Position numbers and translations under genes: made by a program. A DNA stretch of 60,237 nucleotides from a virus (taxonomy: Duplodnaviria; Caudoviricetes), in IMG/VR virus record IMGVR_UViG_3300045303_000084, positions 1-60,237 of that record. One strand, 5' to 3'. Below the pieces are notes generated by a model that was not told the DNA's origin, made no database searches, and worked only from the letters and a program-made list of their open reading frames with translations. Below, one piece after another: positions 29,280 to 38,739 of this stretch. Every line of letters starts with the position of its first letter. Positions within the stretch are counted from its first letter, which is position 1.

Positions 29280-29522
29280 GTGCGCCTCGTCGTCCCCACC
29301 GTCGTTCAGCTCGACCACTGGTTCTCGCCTGCGTTTGGAGACAGGTGGACGCTGACGCATGAGGACCGCGCGCTCATCACGAGGGCGACGGCATTTGAGG
29401 CGCGCCAGGTGGCTAAGGAGATGGGGTGGCAGGTTGAGGGTGTCTCTTCCGAAGATGTCAATGCGTCCCCCGGTGCCCCTCCTGCGCCTCCTGTCCAGGA
29501 GGGCGACCAGAGTACCAGATAG
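29280..29522 (+). CDS. Hypothetical protein
   Basis: SD AGGAG, GTG start. Confidence 0.45.
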   Translation: MRLVVPTVVQLDHWFSPAFGDRWTLTHEDRALITRATAFEARQVAKEMGWQVEGVSSEDVNASPGAPPAPPVQEGDQSTR

Positions 29523-29580
29523 GGCGGCAGAGATGAAGAAGGTCTAGGCTGCCCTATCTGGTCAGGCGGTCAAAAGACAT

Positions 29581-29781
29581 CTAGCCTGACATCTTCGGAT
29601 CGGTTTCGTTCCGTTTTCGGAGCCGAAAGAGCTGCTGTCGGCACCGATTCGAGCAGGTGTGCGCCATGCCTCGTGGCTTGCCTGATCGGGCTACGTATTC
29701 TTTGCCACACATGGCGCACGTGTAGGTAGCGCGGGGCCGGAGCGCGGCGAGCGCCCGGCCCAGGTCGGAAGCGTCGGTCAT
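29581..29781 (-). CDS. Stand-alone Zn-ribbon protein
   Basis: CAMCGKEY...TCSNRCRQ..FR. Confidence 0.55.
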   Translation of the reverse strand: MTDASDLGRALAALRPRATYTCAMCGKEYVARSGKPRGMAHTCSNRCRQQLFRLRKRNETDPKMSG

Positions 29782-30140
29782 GAGGCGCGCTCCTCTCGTG
29801 GCTTCAGTCGTCGTCCGTGCTGCGCCAGCGCTCGCCCAAACTGGTAGCCGCAACGGGTCCGGCAGAACAGTCCGTCGCCGTCCTCTCCGTACGTGCCGGT
29901 CGGCGCCGTGACGGCTCGCTGCTTCGTGTAGGGAGCCGAATCACTGCCGCACTGCTCGCACTTGTAGCGACCACTGGCGGGGTCAAGGTAGATAGCCACG
30001 TAGCAGCAGCGGGATGTCGATCTCCGGATGCTCTCCGTCTGAAACTGGCCGGTCCACGTTGTGATCTGTCGGAGCTGAGCCCCGCACCATAGACAGGTGC
30101 GGGGCTCGTTCGTCGCGCCGTAGTCCTTGTCGCGTGCCAT
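29778..30140 (-). CDS. Cys-rich hypothetical protein
   Basis: CLWCG, CEQCG, FCRTRCG; SD GGAGG. Confidence 0.55.
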   Translation of the reverse strand: MARDKDYGATNEPRTCLWCGAQLRQITTWTGQFQTESIRRSTSRCCYVAIYLDPASGRYKCEQCGSDSAPYTKQRAVTAPTGTYGEDGDGLFCRTRCGYQFGRALAQHGRRLKPREERAS

Positions 30141-30141
30141 C

Positions 30142-30468
30142 TCAGACCTCCCGGCCGGCGGCGCAGTCGCCGCGCTCAACGTGCTTGTAACGCATGTGCT
30201 GCTCACAATCCAGGCAGACGGGGCGCGGATCGTACGCGCCTTCGATGACTTCGATGGTGCCCTTCGGCCACGGTGCCCAGAGGTTGACTTGACGAATCTC
30301 GGTCAGGTTCAGCGTCCCGTGGTCGGTGCGGTCATCGTTGCTGAAAATCTGGTAGAGATTCGGGCGGAACTTCTCTTGCTGAGCGGTGTACCCGAGGACG
30401 GCCGGCGGGTTGCCAGGGTAGCTGTAGCGGCAGTTGAAGCAGTCGCAGCCGGTGACGATGGTTGCCAT
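30142..30468 (-). CDS. Hypothetical protein
   Basis: SD AAGGAG; downstream of a TTGCGT-17-TATGAT promoter (about 30496..30524). Confidence 0.55.
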   Translation of the reverse strand: MATIVTGCDCFNCRYSYPGNPPAVLGYTAQQEKFRPNLYQIFSNDDRTDHGTLNLTEIRQVNLWAPWPKGTIEVIEGAYDPRPVCLDCEQHMRYKHVERGDCAAGREV

Positions 30469-30605
30469 GTGAGGACTCCTTGCCTGTCTGAAGACATCAT
30501 ACCACTAGCGCTAGCGTTACGCAAGGGGTCTAGAGCACCAATCTGACGAATCCGAAAAACTCGTTCAGCGCGACTCGTGCCGCTCGCCGTCCGTACAATG
30601 TCTAC

Positions 30606-30693
30606 GGAGCGTGAGTCATGCGGCAAAGACACCGCCCTGCTAAGGCGGCAAGGGGTCACACCTGGCCGGGTTCGATTCCCGGGCGCTCCGCCA
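30606..30693 (+). tRNA. tRNA-Ser (GCT)
   Basis: Acceptor GGAGCGT/GCGCTCC-GCCA, anticodon arm CCGCC-CTGCTAA-GGCGG, long variable arm, T arm CCGGG-TTCGATT-CCCGG; TACAAT -10 at 30594. Confidence 0.85.
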
Positions 30694-31888
30694 TCTCCTC
30701 GTCCCGCCGGAACGCCTGATCGAGTTCCGCCGCGAGTTCGTCCACCCGGGCCTGCGTCACGCGGAGGGCCCGCTGGTAGAACTTCGCGGTCGTCGCAACG
30801 TTCGAGTGGCCGAGCAGAAACGCAACCCGGGGCAGGGCCATCCCCCGGTCCAACAGTAGGGTGGCAGCCGTCGCCCGCATATCTTTCGGCGTGATCCTGG
30901 GCAGCCCGGCCGCCGCGATCAACTGGTCAATCGTGACCGAGAACTGGCGCAGCGACAATGGCTTGTCCGTCGTCCGGCCCGGCACCAACCAGACGGATAG
31001 CCGATAGTCTCGGACGTGCCTCCGCGCCGCTTCCTCCAGCTCACCGAGTGGGATATCCCTGATCTGCCGCCCCTTCGTGTCGTCCGTCTCGCCGGCCCGA
31101 TCGCCGGCCGTCGAGCTAATCGTCACGATCCGCCGCCGCCAGTCGATGTCGGCTCGCCTGATCGCCAGCACCTCACCGCGCCGAAGCGCTCGACGGAGCA
31201 GCAGCCGGCACGGGAACGACAGATCGGGACGGAGCCGGTCAACCGTCTGGAGGAACCTGTCGGCCTGATTGGCGTCCCAGACCCGCTGTGGCTGCTCCTG
31301 CGTGCGCCCGAGTTTGATTCGCCGCACGGGATTGGCCGGCAGGATCGCCGGCACCAGATGGTCAAGCGCCTGGTGGAGCGTAGCGCGCGCTGCACGGATC
31401 GTAGAGGGGGCGTACGGGTGTCCTGGGCCATAGGGCACCATGCCTGCCGCCGAGCGCTTACGGCGCCGCCAGGTGGCCGTCTGGAGCCCACTGATAGCCG
31501 ACATCACGACCTCGTGGGTCAAGTCACCGAGGCGCACGTCTCCGATGGACACGAACAGCAGCACGCGCCGCCGGTAGGCCCGCGCTGTGCGCTGGGGCCA
31601 CCCCGGCGCGTAGAGACGCCACCAGCGCTCTAGATAGGCACCCAGCGGCTCGCTGAGCGTGGCAGCTCGCGGTGTCGGATTCCGGAGCCGTCGTGCCTCG
31701 GCGTCGAGCCATGCCGTCGCCTGCTCGACGGATGTCCACGGGATGCGGCGGCCGGGTGAATAGATGGGCCGGCGGTGGGGGTCGAGGTCCGGAGGAAGGA
31801 CAACCGCGATACGGCCATCCTTGCGGACGATTACGCTGCCGGTGTTCGGGGCACGGCGTTTCGGCTTCGATGGTGGCTGGCGGGGCAT
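30656..31888 (-). CDS. int: Tyrosine integrase
   Basis: GSVIVRKDGR arm-binding N-terminus; LRRGE, KDMRATAAT, LLGHS, TTAKFY catalytic motifs. Confidence 0.9.
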   Translation of the reverse strand: MPRQPPSKPKRRAPNTGSVIVRKDGRIAVVLPPDLDPHRRPIYSPGRRIPWTSVEQATAWLDAEARRLRNPTPRAATLSEPLGAYLERWWRLYAPGWPQRTARAYRRRVLLFVSIGDVRLGDLTHEVVMSAISGLQTATWRRRKRSAAGMVPYGPGHPYAPSTIRAARATLHQALDHLVPAILPANPVRRIKLGRTQEQPQRVWDANQADRFLQTVDRLRPDLSFPCRLLLRRALRRGEVLAIRRADIDWRRRIVTISSTAGDRAGETDDTKGRQIRDIPLGELEEAARRHVRDYRLSVWLVPGRTTDKPLSLRQFSVTIDQLIAAAGLPRITPKDMRATAATLLLDRGMALPRVAFLLGHSNVATTAKFYQRALRVTQARVDELAAELDQAFRRDEEMAERPGIEPGQV

Positions 31889-31893
31889 CAGGG

Positions 31894-32313
31894 CTAGGGC
31901 GATTGACGGCCGGGGATTTGCCGCACGCGCCGCTCGGAGATGCTTTCGAGCACAACCACGGCGGCGCTGATGTCGCGCTGCTCTAACGCGGCCAGTGCCA
32001 TGTCGAGCCGCGCAACGGCTGTTCCGAGTTCTGGCCCCAGTCGACGCTTCAGCAAATCCGGTAAGTCGACATCCATGCTCCCCGTAGGGTGGCCGTAGAT
32101 GAGCTGATCCAACGACAGGCGTAAAGCGTCGGCAACGGACGCAAGATCGGCCACTTTCGGGTTGCTCACCACGCCGTTTTCGAGTCGGCTGATGTAGGCG
32201 CGGGACATCCCTGAAACAGTCCCTACCTGCATCTGGTCAAGGCCCAGTTCTTCGCGACGGTCCGATGCCCGCTGGCCGATGGCGCCGATGTCCAGTTTCA
32301 CTCGTGGCGGCAT
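31894..32313 (-). CDS. Immunity repressor (XRE HTH), probably leaderless
   Basis: RREELGLDQMQV...MSRAYISRLENG..NP; divergent from the Cro-like gene. Confidence 0.8.
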   Translation of the reverse strand: MPPRVKLDIGAIGQRASDRREELGLDQMQVGTVSGMSRAYISRLENGVVSNPKVADLASVADALRLSLDQLIYGHPTGSMDVDLPDLLKRRLGPELGTAVARLDMALAALEQRDISAAVVVLESISERRVRQIPGRQSP

Positions 32314-32388
32314 GTAACAAAGAGTACCAGTCACGTCAGTCACTCCTATCCAGTCAGTATGAGATTCTAGCGCGACTGGTGTAACTAC

Positions 32389-32417
32389 TTGACACTTTTG
32401 GCGCTGTCTGGTATCGT
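32389..32417 (+). promoter_or_regulatory. Rightward lytic promoter with repeated (A)CCAGT operator half-sites
   Basis: TTGACA-17-TATCGT with TG extension; CCAGT/ACTGG motifs recur across 32325..32432. Confidence 0.7.
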
Positions 32418-32457
32418 GGACGTAACCAGTTGACAAATAGTTCCACCGAGGCGGATA

Positions 32458-32712
32458 ATGGACGGCATGTACCAGCTCACCAAGCGCGTGTCCGAGGAAC
32501 TGGCAGCGAAATTGTCCGAGCTACAGGGTGACCGCACTGACGCGGAAATGGGCGCGCTCCTGGGAGTGACGCGCGTCCACTACGCGCACATCAAGGCGGG
32601 TCGCCGCCAGATGTCCTACGCCACGGTCAAGCGCGCCGCGCTGCACTTTCCCGAGCTGTACCCAATCGTCGTGCGTGATCTCACGTCAGCGCCCTGTGAG
32701 GCGGCGTCATGA
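32458..32712 (+). CDS. Cro-like HTH protein
   Basis: TDAEMGALLGVTRVHYAHIKAGRR; divergent from the repressor. Confidence 0.7.
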   Translation: MDGMYQLTKRVSEELAAKLSELQGDRTDAEMGALLGVTRVHYAHIKAGRRQMSYATVKRAALHFPELYPIVVRDLTSAPCEAAS

Positions 32713-32869
32713 AGACCGAGAAGCCCGCCCACAACGCCTACGCCGCGCACGTCCTCGTCTGCCGCGCCGCCGAGCACGGCCGATGGTGTCAGGTCTGTCT
32801 GGACCTAGATAAGCAGGCCAGCGCGGAGATGTTCAGGCGGACGGCTGACCGCGCAACGGCGGGAGTGCG

Positions 32870-33409
32870 GTGATGCACGCCGTGGCCGTGTCGACGTTTG
32901 CTGACCTCTTTGACGGGCACTGGTTCGCGGTCAAGGACACTGACCCTCGGCTCTACGCGCTCTATCGGCGGCACTACTCAACACAACACCTTGCCGATGC
33001 GCCGAGCCGGCGAGCATTCCGAGCCGGCGGGGCCGTCCCTTCGATTGCTCCCTTTGGCGACTACGTCGCCTTCCTAACGGCAGACGCACAGGCCGCGTGG
33101 TTGTGGGTGCGCGCTCCTGGGGGTATCTGGCAAAGCGGAACGCACGGCGTTTCCTGCGCCTTCTTCCGCAATGAAGGCCCGATCCGTTCATCTGATCTGA
33201 TTCGCGAAGCCTGTGACCTCGCGTGGCAGCGATGGCCCGGCGAACGTCTGTTTACCTATGTCTGGGACGACAAGGTTGCCACGTCGGAGCAGCACGGCCG
33301 AGCAAAAGCCGGCTGGTGCTACCGGGAGGCGGGCTGGAAAGTCGCCGGTCGGAATAAAGACGGCCGCTTGACGATCCTTGAAATCTACCCATCGACGGCC
33401 AAGGTCTAA
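32870..33409 (+). CDS. Mom-like / GNAT-fold DNA modification protein (putative)
   Basis: LYRRHYS...CAFFRNEG...SSDLIREA...LFTYV...GWCYREAGW resembles Mom-related phage proteins. Confidence 0.5.
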   Translation: MMHAVAVSTFADLFDGHWFAVKDTDPRLYALYRRHYSTQHLADAPSRRAFRAGGAVPSIAPFGDYVAFLTADAQAAWLWVRAPGGIWQSGTHGVSCAFFRNEGPIRSSDLIREACDLAWQRWPGERLFTYVWDDKVATSEQHGRAKAGWCYREAGWKVAGRNKDGRLTILEIYPSTAKV

Positions 33410-33411
33410 CG

Positions 33412-33702
33412 ATGGACGCACTGTACATCCAGCCTGCCGCCGCGTCTGCGCGATTCGGCGTCTCCAGGCGAACGCTCGATAGGTGGGCTCGTTTCGGCTG
33501 GATCAGCACCAGTCGGGTCGGCCGCGTCCGGCTTTATCGGCTGGTCGACATCCAGCGGGTGATCGACGCGGGCACAACCGCGCCCACCGAAACGCCGATC
33601 ACGACGCTGGCTCCTGAGCCCACGCTGCCTGAGCAGTGGTGGGTCACCGATTTCTGGGCCGACGCCGACCTGACGGCGGCGGGAAGGGGGCGGCGACGAT
33701 GA
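33412..33702 (+). CDS. Excisionase-like HTH protein
   Basis: AASARFGVSRRTLDRWARFGWI..RVGRVRLYR. Confidence 0.7.
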   Translation: MDALYIQPAAASARFGVSRRTLDRWARFGWISTSRVGRVRLYRLVDIQRVIDAGTTAPTETPITTLAPEPTLPEQWWVTDFWADADLTAAGRGRRR

Positions 33703-34496
33703 GCGTCACATCTTGCCAGCAGTGCAGCGGCGAGATTGTGCGCCGGGGGTCAAAGGCCGGCCGGTTTTGCTCGCTTGATTGCAAGGGCTCCTGGCAGCGG
33801 ACTCGGAAACCCGTTGACCGTGAATGGCTGTATCAGCGGTACGTCGTGGACGGATGGAGTACCTATCGGATTGGGCGCGATGTCGGGCGCGATCCGAAGC
33901 GAGTGTATGAGTGGCTGACTGATTTCGGGATTCCTACGCGGAAACGCGGTTGGCGAACAGACGCGGATTCTAGCGCGCTGAGTGATCCTGAATGGCTTCA
34001 GCGTGAGTATGTCGAGAAGCAACGCTCAACAGGCGAGATCGGCCGCGAACTCGGGATGACTGATGCGAACGTCATCCATTTCTTGCGCAAGCACGGCATA
34101 CGACGGCGAACGACCAGTGAGGCTCGCGCCGTCAAGCATTGGGGATCATCTGGCGACAAGAACCCGATGTACGGCAAGCGTGGCGCGGCGGTTCCGAGTT
34201 GGAAGGGCGGCGTTACCCCACTCCGTCAAGCCTTCTATAGCTCGCCGGAGTGGAAGGTAGCCGCGCAATCCGTCTGGCAACGGGACCAAGGTATTTGTCG
34301 TCGCTGTGAAGCTAAGGCTAAAGAGCGAGGCACCTTCCATATCCACCACATCGTTTCGTTCGCGATACGGGCGCTGCGGACCGAGCTGTCGAACCTTGCT
34401 TTGTTGTGCAACACCTGTCACCGATGGGTGCATAGCAAGAAGAACGTTGATCGTCTCTTCCTTGGGGAGTGGCGTGAGGAAGGGGGTGAAGGATGA
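33699..34496 (+). CDS. HNH endonuclease (Zn-ribbon + tandem HTH + HNH)
   Basis: CQQC..FCSLDC; two WL...YV...ST..I...G repeats; RD..CRRC...HIHHI...NLALLCNTCH; no cassette leader. Confidence 0.85.
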   Translation: MSVTSCQQCSGEIVRRGSKAGRFCSLDCKGSWQRTRKPVDREWLYQRYVVDGWSTYRIGRDVGRDPKRVYEWLTDFGIPTRKRGWRTDADSSALSDPEWLQREYVEKQRSTGEIGRELGMTDANVIHFLRKHGIRRRTTSEARAVKHWGSSGDKNPMYGKRGAAVPSWKGGVTPLRQAFYSSPEWKVAAQSVWQRDQGICRRCEAKAKERGTFHIHHIVSFAIRALRTELSNLALLCNTCHRWVHSKKNVDRLFLGEWREEGGEG

Positions 34497-35920
34497 CAGT
34501 GAAAATCCTATGCGGCGATGCGATGACGGTATTGAAGACTCTCCCGTCTGAGAGTGTTCAACTCGTTGTCACGTCGCCGCCTTGACTTTATTTCGGACTT
34601 AGGTCGTATTCGACCGATCCCCAGGTCTGGGGCGGCGATCCGGAGCATGGACATGCGTTCGGCGCCGCCCTGCCGGCTCATAAGCCGACACAGGTACCGC
34701 AGACGAAGTGGGCGAACGTGACTGCTGTGGCAGACGGTCAGCGAGCAGAACGCGGCGCCTTCTGCCCCTGCGGCGCGTGGCGCGGCGAACTCGGCAGCGA
34801 GCCGACGCCGGCCCTGTTCATCGAGCACCTCGTCTCGATCTTCGATGAGGTGTGGAGAGTTATGCGCAAGGACGCGACTCTCTGGGTAAATCTCGGGGAC
34901 TCGTACTCGGGGAGCGGGAAGGGGCCGACCGGGCACAACGGGATTGGGGATCAGGGCGAGCGTCAGGGGTTCACGGGAGGGCGCGGCAAGACGAGCATGA
35001 AGGTGACTTGTGGCGGTCCGTCTGCCGTGGCGAACGCTCAACAGCGTTCGCTACGGGTTCAGGGCATCCCCGCCAAGAACCTGCTCCTGATCCCCCAACG
35101 CTTCGCCATCGCGATGCAGGACAAGGGCTGGATCGTCCGCTCGGAGATCGTCTGGGCCAAGACGAGTGCCATGCCGGAGTCCGTCCGGGATCGGCCCACG
35201 TCAGCGTGGGAGCCGATCTGGATGTTTAGCAAGCAGGCCCGGTATTTCTACGACGGGGAGGCGGTCAGGCAGCCGAGAATGGAACCGGGCCGTCCGACTG
35301 ATGGGTTTCGTACGGGGGGTGCTTACGTTGAGCAGCGAGGATCACAGGATAACGGCGTCCGAAACGTCGCATACGCCAGCAATGGTGATACCCCGACATC
35401 GGCAAATCTGAGGAACGTCTGGACGCTCGGCCCGGCCCCATTCGCCGACGCGCACTTCGCCACCTTCCCACCGGAGATTCCCCGCCGCTGCATCCTGGCC
35501 GGCACCAGCGAGAAGGGCGCGTGCCCGGCGTGCGGGGCGCCGTGGGTGCGGGTGGTGGAGCGGGAAGCAAACCCGGCCGGCATCCTGGGTGTCGGGAATG
35601 GGCGGCACGTCCACGACTTTAACCCGTCTGCCAAAGGCGCACACGTCGATGCAGTGGCCCGGTCTATCGGCTGGCAACCGTCCTGCTCCTGCCCGCCAGC
35701 CGACCCGGTGCCCTGCGTCGTCTTAGATCCTTTTCTCGGAAGTGGCACCACAGCCCTAGTGGCCGACCGTCTGGGCCGCGACGCCATCGGCATCGAGTTG
35801 AACGAGACGTATGCCCGCATGGCAGAGAAACGGATTTCCGAGGACGCCGGCCCGATGCTCGCGGACGTGGCCGTCGAAATGCCACACCAGGCGTCGCTGT
35901 TCGGGGAGGTCGCAGGATGA
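34493..35920 (+). CDS. N4-C/N6-A DNA methyltransferase (beta class), interrupted by in-frame TGA at 34583..34585
   Basis: ILCGDA..LKTLPSESVQLVVTSPP*LYFGLR, LWVNLGDSY, HFATFP, VLDPFLGSGTT, GIELN; one frame throughout. Confidence 0.8.
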
Positions 35921-36444
35921 CGCCGTTACTTCGTCGTCTCCGATGCCGCCTGTTCGGCCACCCAGACACCGAGATTCACTGGGGCGGTTGGCGGTCTGAT
36001 CCCGAATGTGGCCGCTATCGCGTGGTCAAAGAAGTGTGCGTGCGATGCAGTGCCGTGCTTTCACACCGGCTGCTGATGGAGTCGGATCTGATCCATCGCA
36101 CGAGCGACGCCTGAATAGCAAGACGCCTCCTGGGAGAAACAGGAGGCGCCGAAGGAGAGGAACCGTGGACCCTGCCGACTGCCGACTGAATGATAGCGCA
36201 TCCGAGCGCCAGGAACGCCTCAACGACTGGGCACGCGAAGCCGCTCTGTGCCTGATCGAAGGCCACCCCAGACTCGCGCTGGTCTGCTGGGACATGATCG
36301 CCCGCATCCGCCGCGAGACGGAGATCACGCGGAGCGACGCATCGTGACCAGAATCGCCTGGCACATCGCCCTGATCGGAATGCTGCTGGTGGCGCTATGT
36401 GTGGACGGCTGGATGGGTGCTGAGATCGGATTGGGGACGGTGCG

Positions 36445-36693
36445 ATGATGCGCGTCGTCACTGTCCATGAACCGCCAACGACACGCCGAGAGACGGCCGG
36501 CGACCGCATCGAACGACAACGCCTCGGTTTGGGATGGACACAGGCTGACCTGGCCGAGCGCGCTTCAATCAGCCAGATGACCATCTATCGCGCCGAGACG
36601 GGCCACGCAGTGTACGCCTGGGTGCTGGCGGCTATTGCCGAAGCGCTCAACGTCAGCATGGACTGGTTGTGGCGCGGGGAGGAAGCGCTGTGA
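36445..36693 (+). CDS. XRE HTH protein
   Basis: LGWTQADLAERASISQMTIYRAETG...LNVSMDWL. Confidence 0.8.
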   Translation: MMRVVTVHEPPTTRRETAGDRIERQRLGLGWTQADLAERASISQMTIYRAETGHAVYAWVLAAIAEALNVSMDWLWRGEEAL

Positions 36694-37340
36694 ACCGACT
36701 TGACCGCGACACCTTCTGGTTCGGCCTCGCTGCGCAGTACGCGACGCGGGCCACGTGCCCGCGCGCGGCGATCGGTGCGATTTTGGTCAAGTTCGACCGC
36801 CTCTGTGGAGCCGGCTTTAACGGCGCTCGCCCAGGTCAGCCGCATTGCCTGGAGCGCAACCAGACGCTTGAGCAGCACTTGGCGCTCGATCACTGCGGGT
36901 GGGCCGTTCACGCCGAGCGCAACGCGCTCTATAACGCGCTGATCCCGGCTGACGGCGCCACGCTCTACGTGGTCGGCCCACGCCCGATCTGTCCTGACTG
37001 TCGCGACTACTTGCGCAGTCGGGGCGTTGACGACATCCGCTATTCGTACGGCGTTCCATCGCTCGACACCCTCGCTCGCGACATCCGCGCATGGCAGGCC
37101 CAAACGTTTCCGCTGGCTACCCCGTCGTCTATCGCAGAGCACCTACGCCGCGAGGCTCAGGAGTTGGCAGAGGCGCCCCTGAGCCCCGAGGAGATCGCAG
37201 ACATTTTTCATCTTGTCATTGCGGCGGCCGAAACCAACGGATACGACCTCGCAGATATCGTTGGACGCAAGTTCACAGAGAACGTCGCCCGACGATGGCA
37301 GTCACCAGATGAAGCCGGCGTCGTGGAGCACGTCCGATGA
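36690..37340 (+). CDS. dCMP-deaminase-like / dNTP pyrophosphohydrolase (MazG-fold, DUF550-like) fusion
   Basis: RATCPR..IGAILV, HAERNAL, PICPDC; then WQAQTF...EHLRREAQEL...EEIADI...KF.EN..R.W...G.VEHVR. Confidence 0.75.
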   Translation: MNRLDRDTFWFGLAAQYATRATCPRAAIGAILVKFDRLCGAGFNGARPGQPHCLERNQTLEQHLALDHCGWAVHAERNALYNALIPADGATLYVVGPRPICPDCRDYLRSRGVDDIRYSYGVPSLDTLARDIRAWQAQTFPLATPSSIAEHLRREAQELAEAPLSPEEIADIFHLVIAAAETNGYDLADIVGRKFTENVARRWQSPDEAGVVEHVR

Positions 37341-37699
37341 CTGACCGACCACCTCTCTACCGAACGGTCACGCGCCACGACATCTCCTGCCTTCACTGCG
37401 ATCGTGCTGCCGGCTATCTCCAAGAGGGAGTCGCCTACGACGTGGCCCGCGAGCATGCGGCGTGCGTCCGTCGTGGACGCTGCCCCTGGTGCAGCGGGCG
37501 GCTCCTTCTTGCGAATGAGCGTCCCCACACGTTCTACCGACCGCTGACGGCAGAGGAGATGCGGCCGAACGGCCGGGGGCGTCGTCCAGACCGGACGGAG
37601 CCGCCGTGCGCACCAGCGTTGTGCCTGCGTCCTGGTCCCGGCGGCGGGCCGTGCTCGATGTGCCGAGCCCGGCGAGCCAGGGGGGCGGTGGCATCGTGA
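37337..37699 (+). CDS. Cys-rich hypothetical protein
   Basis: CLHC, CPWCSG; ATGA-coupled. Confidence 0.5.
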   Translation: MTDRPPLYRTVTRHDISCLHCDRAAGYLQEGVAYDVAREHAACVRRGRCPWCSGRLLLANERPHTFYRPLTAEEMRPNGRGRRPDRTEPPCAPALCLRPGPGGGPCSMCRARRARGAVAS

Positions 37700-38274
37700 A
37701 CGCAACAGAGATCAAGGCGCGCCGGCTGGCGTACCCGCTCACCCCCACCGACCTGGCAAAGCGGCTCGGCGTTAGTGCGAACGCGGTCCGTGCATGGGAG
37801 CGCGGTGACCGTGTGCCGGTAGGACCGAGTAAGGCCGCGCTGGAGCGCCTCTTCGCGAAACGCGACGGGTGTTTCTGTGTGTGCCACGGTGGCGCCCCCA
37901 ATTCTCGGCAGGGCGTTCGGGCATGGAGTGACGCCGAGATTGCCGATCTCAAGCAGCTCGTACAGGAAGGAAAAAGCCCCGACGAGATCGTAGAGATTCT
38001 GGCGGCAACGCACGGTTTTCGGCGTTCGCGTGTAGCGATCACGGATCGGGCAAGCCGCCTTGGACTGTCGCTGTATGTACATCAGTTCAGCGCAACCGAG
38101 GCGGCCAGGGAACTCGGTGTGAGTCGCCGCCGCATTGACCAATTGATCGGGCGGGGGGAACTCCGCGCCCGGCGTCATATCGGGCTCTATCGAGGGCGTG
38201 TGAGCCACTGGTGGCGCATCGAGGCTGCTGATCTTGAGGCGTTCGCCGCCGCGAATCGGGGGCAGGCCGTATGA
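37696..38274 (+). CDS. Multi-HTH DNA-binding protein
   Basis: LTPTDLAKRLGVSANAVRAWERG; WSDAEIADL; SATEAARELGVSRRRI. Confidence 0.7.
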   Translation: MNATEIKARRLAYPLTPTDLAKRLGVSANAVRAWERGDRVPVGPSKAALERLFAKRDGCFCVCHGGAPNSRQGVRAWSDAEIADLKQLVQEGKSPDEIVEILAATHGFRRSRVAITDRASRLGLSLYVHQFSATEAARELGVSRRRIDQLIGRGELRARRHIGLYRGRVSHWWRIEAADLEAFAAANRGQAV

Positions 38275-38448
38275 CCGCCCGCATCGATCGCATCGTGCCA
38301 CGGACCGTCGTCGAATGGGTTGACCCAGCGCTCGTGTTCGCCTTCGACGTAACTGACCACTGGTCCGAGCCGCCTGACGTGGACACGCTCGCAGCACTGA
38401 TCGCCGTGGCTCGGGTCTGCGAGCAGTTCCAGCGTGAGCGGGAGGCCA

Positions 38449-38739
38449 ATGATGCCTGACCAACCTCTACCTGTCGCCGGCGGTGTCAGCGTCACGCCGG
38501 TTGCGCGCGCCGAGTTCCTGCGGATGCTCCTGGAGCGCGAGGTGAAGGGTGTGGCGACGTACGGCATGTCACTCACCACGAACAACGGCCGCGACGTGTT
38601 CCGCGATCTCCTTGAGGAGTTGATCGACGCCTGGCAGTACGCGATTCAGGCGCTCCTGGAGACTGAAGAGTTGGCAGCCGAGAACGCCGCCCTGAAAGCC
38701 GAGTTGATCCGATGCCGGGGGGAGAGACATGACGCCTGA
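38449..38739 (+). CDS. Hypothetical protein (possible NTP pyrophosphohydrolase-like)
   Basis: REVKGVATYG..L...NGRD...DLLEELIDA..Y. Confidence 0.5.
   Translation: MMPDQPLPVAGGVSVTPVARAEFLRMLLEREVKGVATYGMSLTTNNGRDVFRDLLEELIDAWQYAIQALLETEELAAENAALKAELIRCRGERHDA

Noticed and set aside
34583-34585. Genome-wide TGA recoding, selenocysteine, or a +1 frameshift at CCT-TGA
   Set aside because: TGA terminates many genes here in ATGA/GTGA couplings; the +1 frame does not encode MTase; readthrough would not restore SPPY
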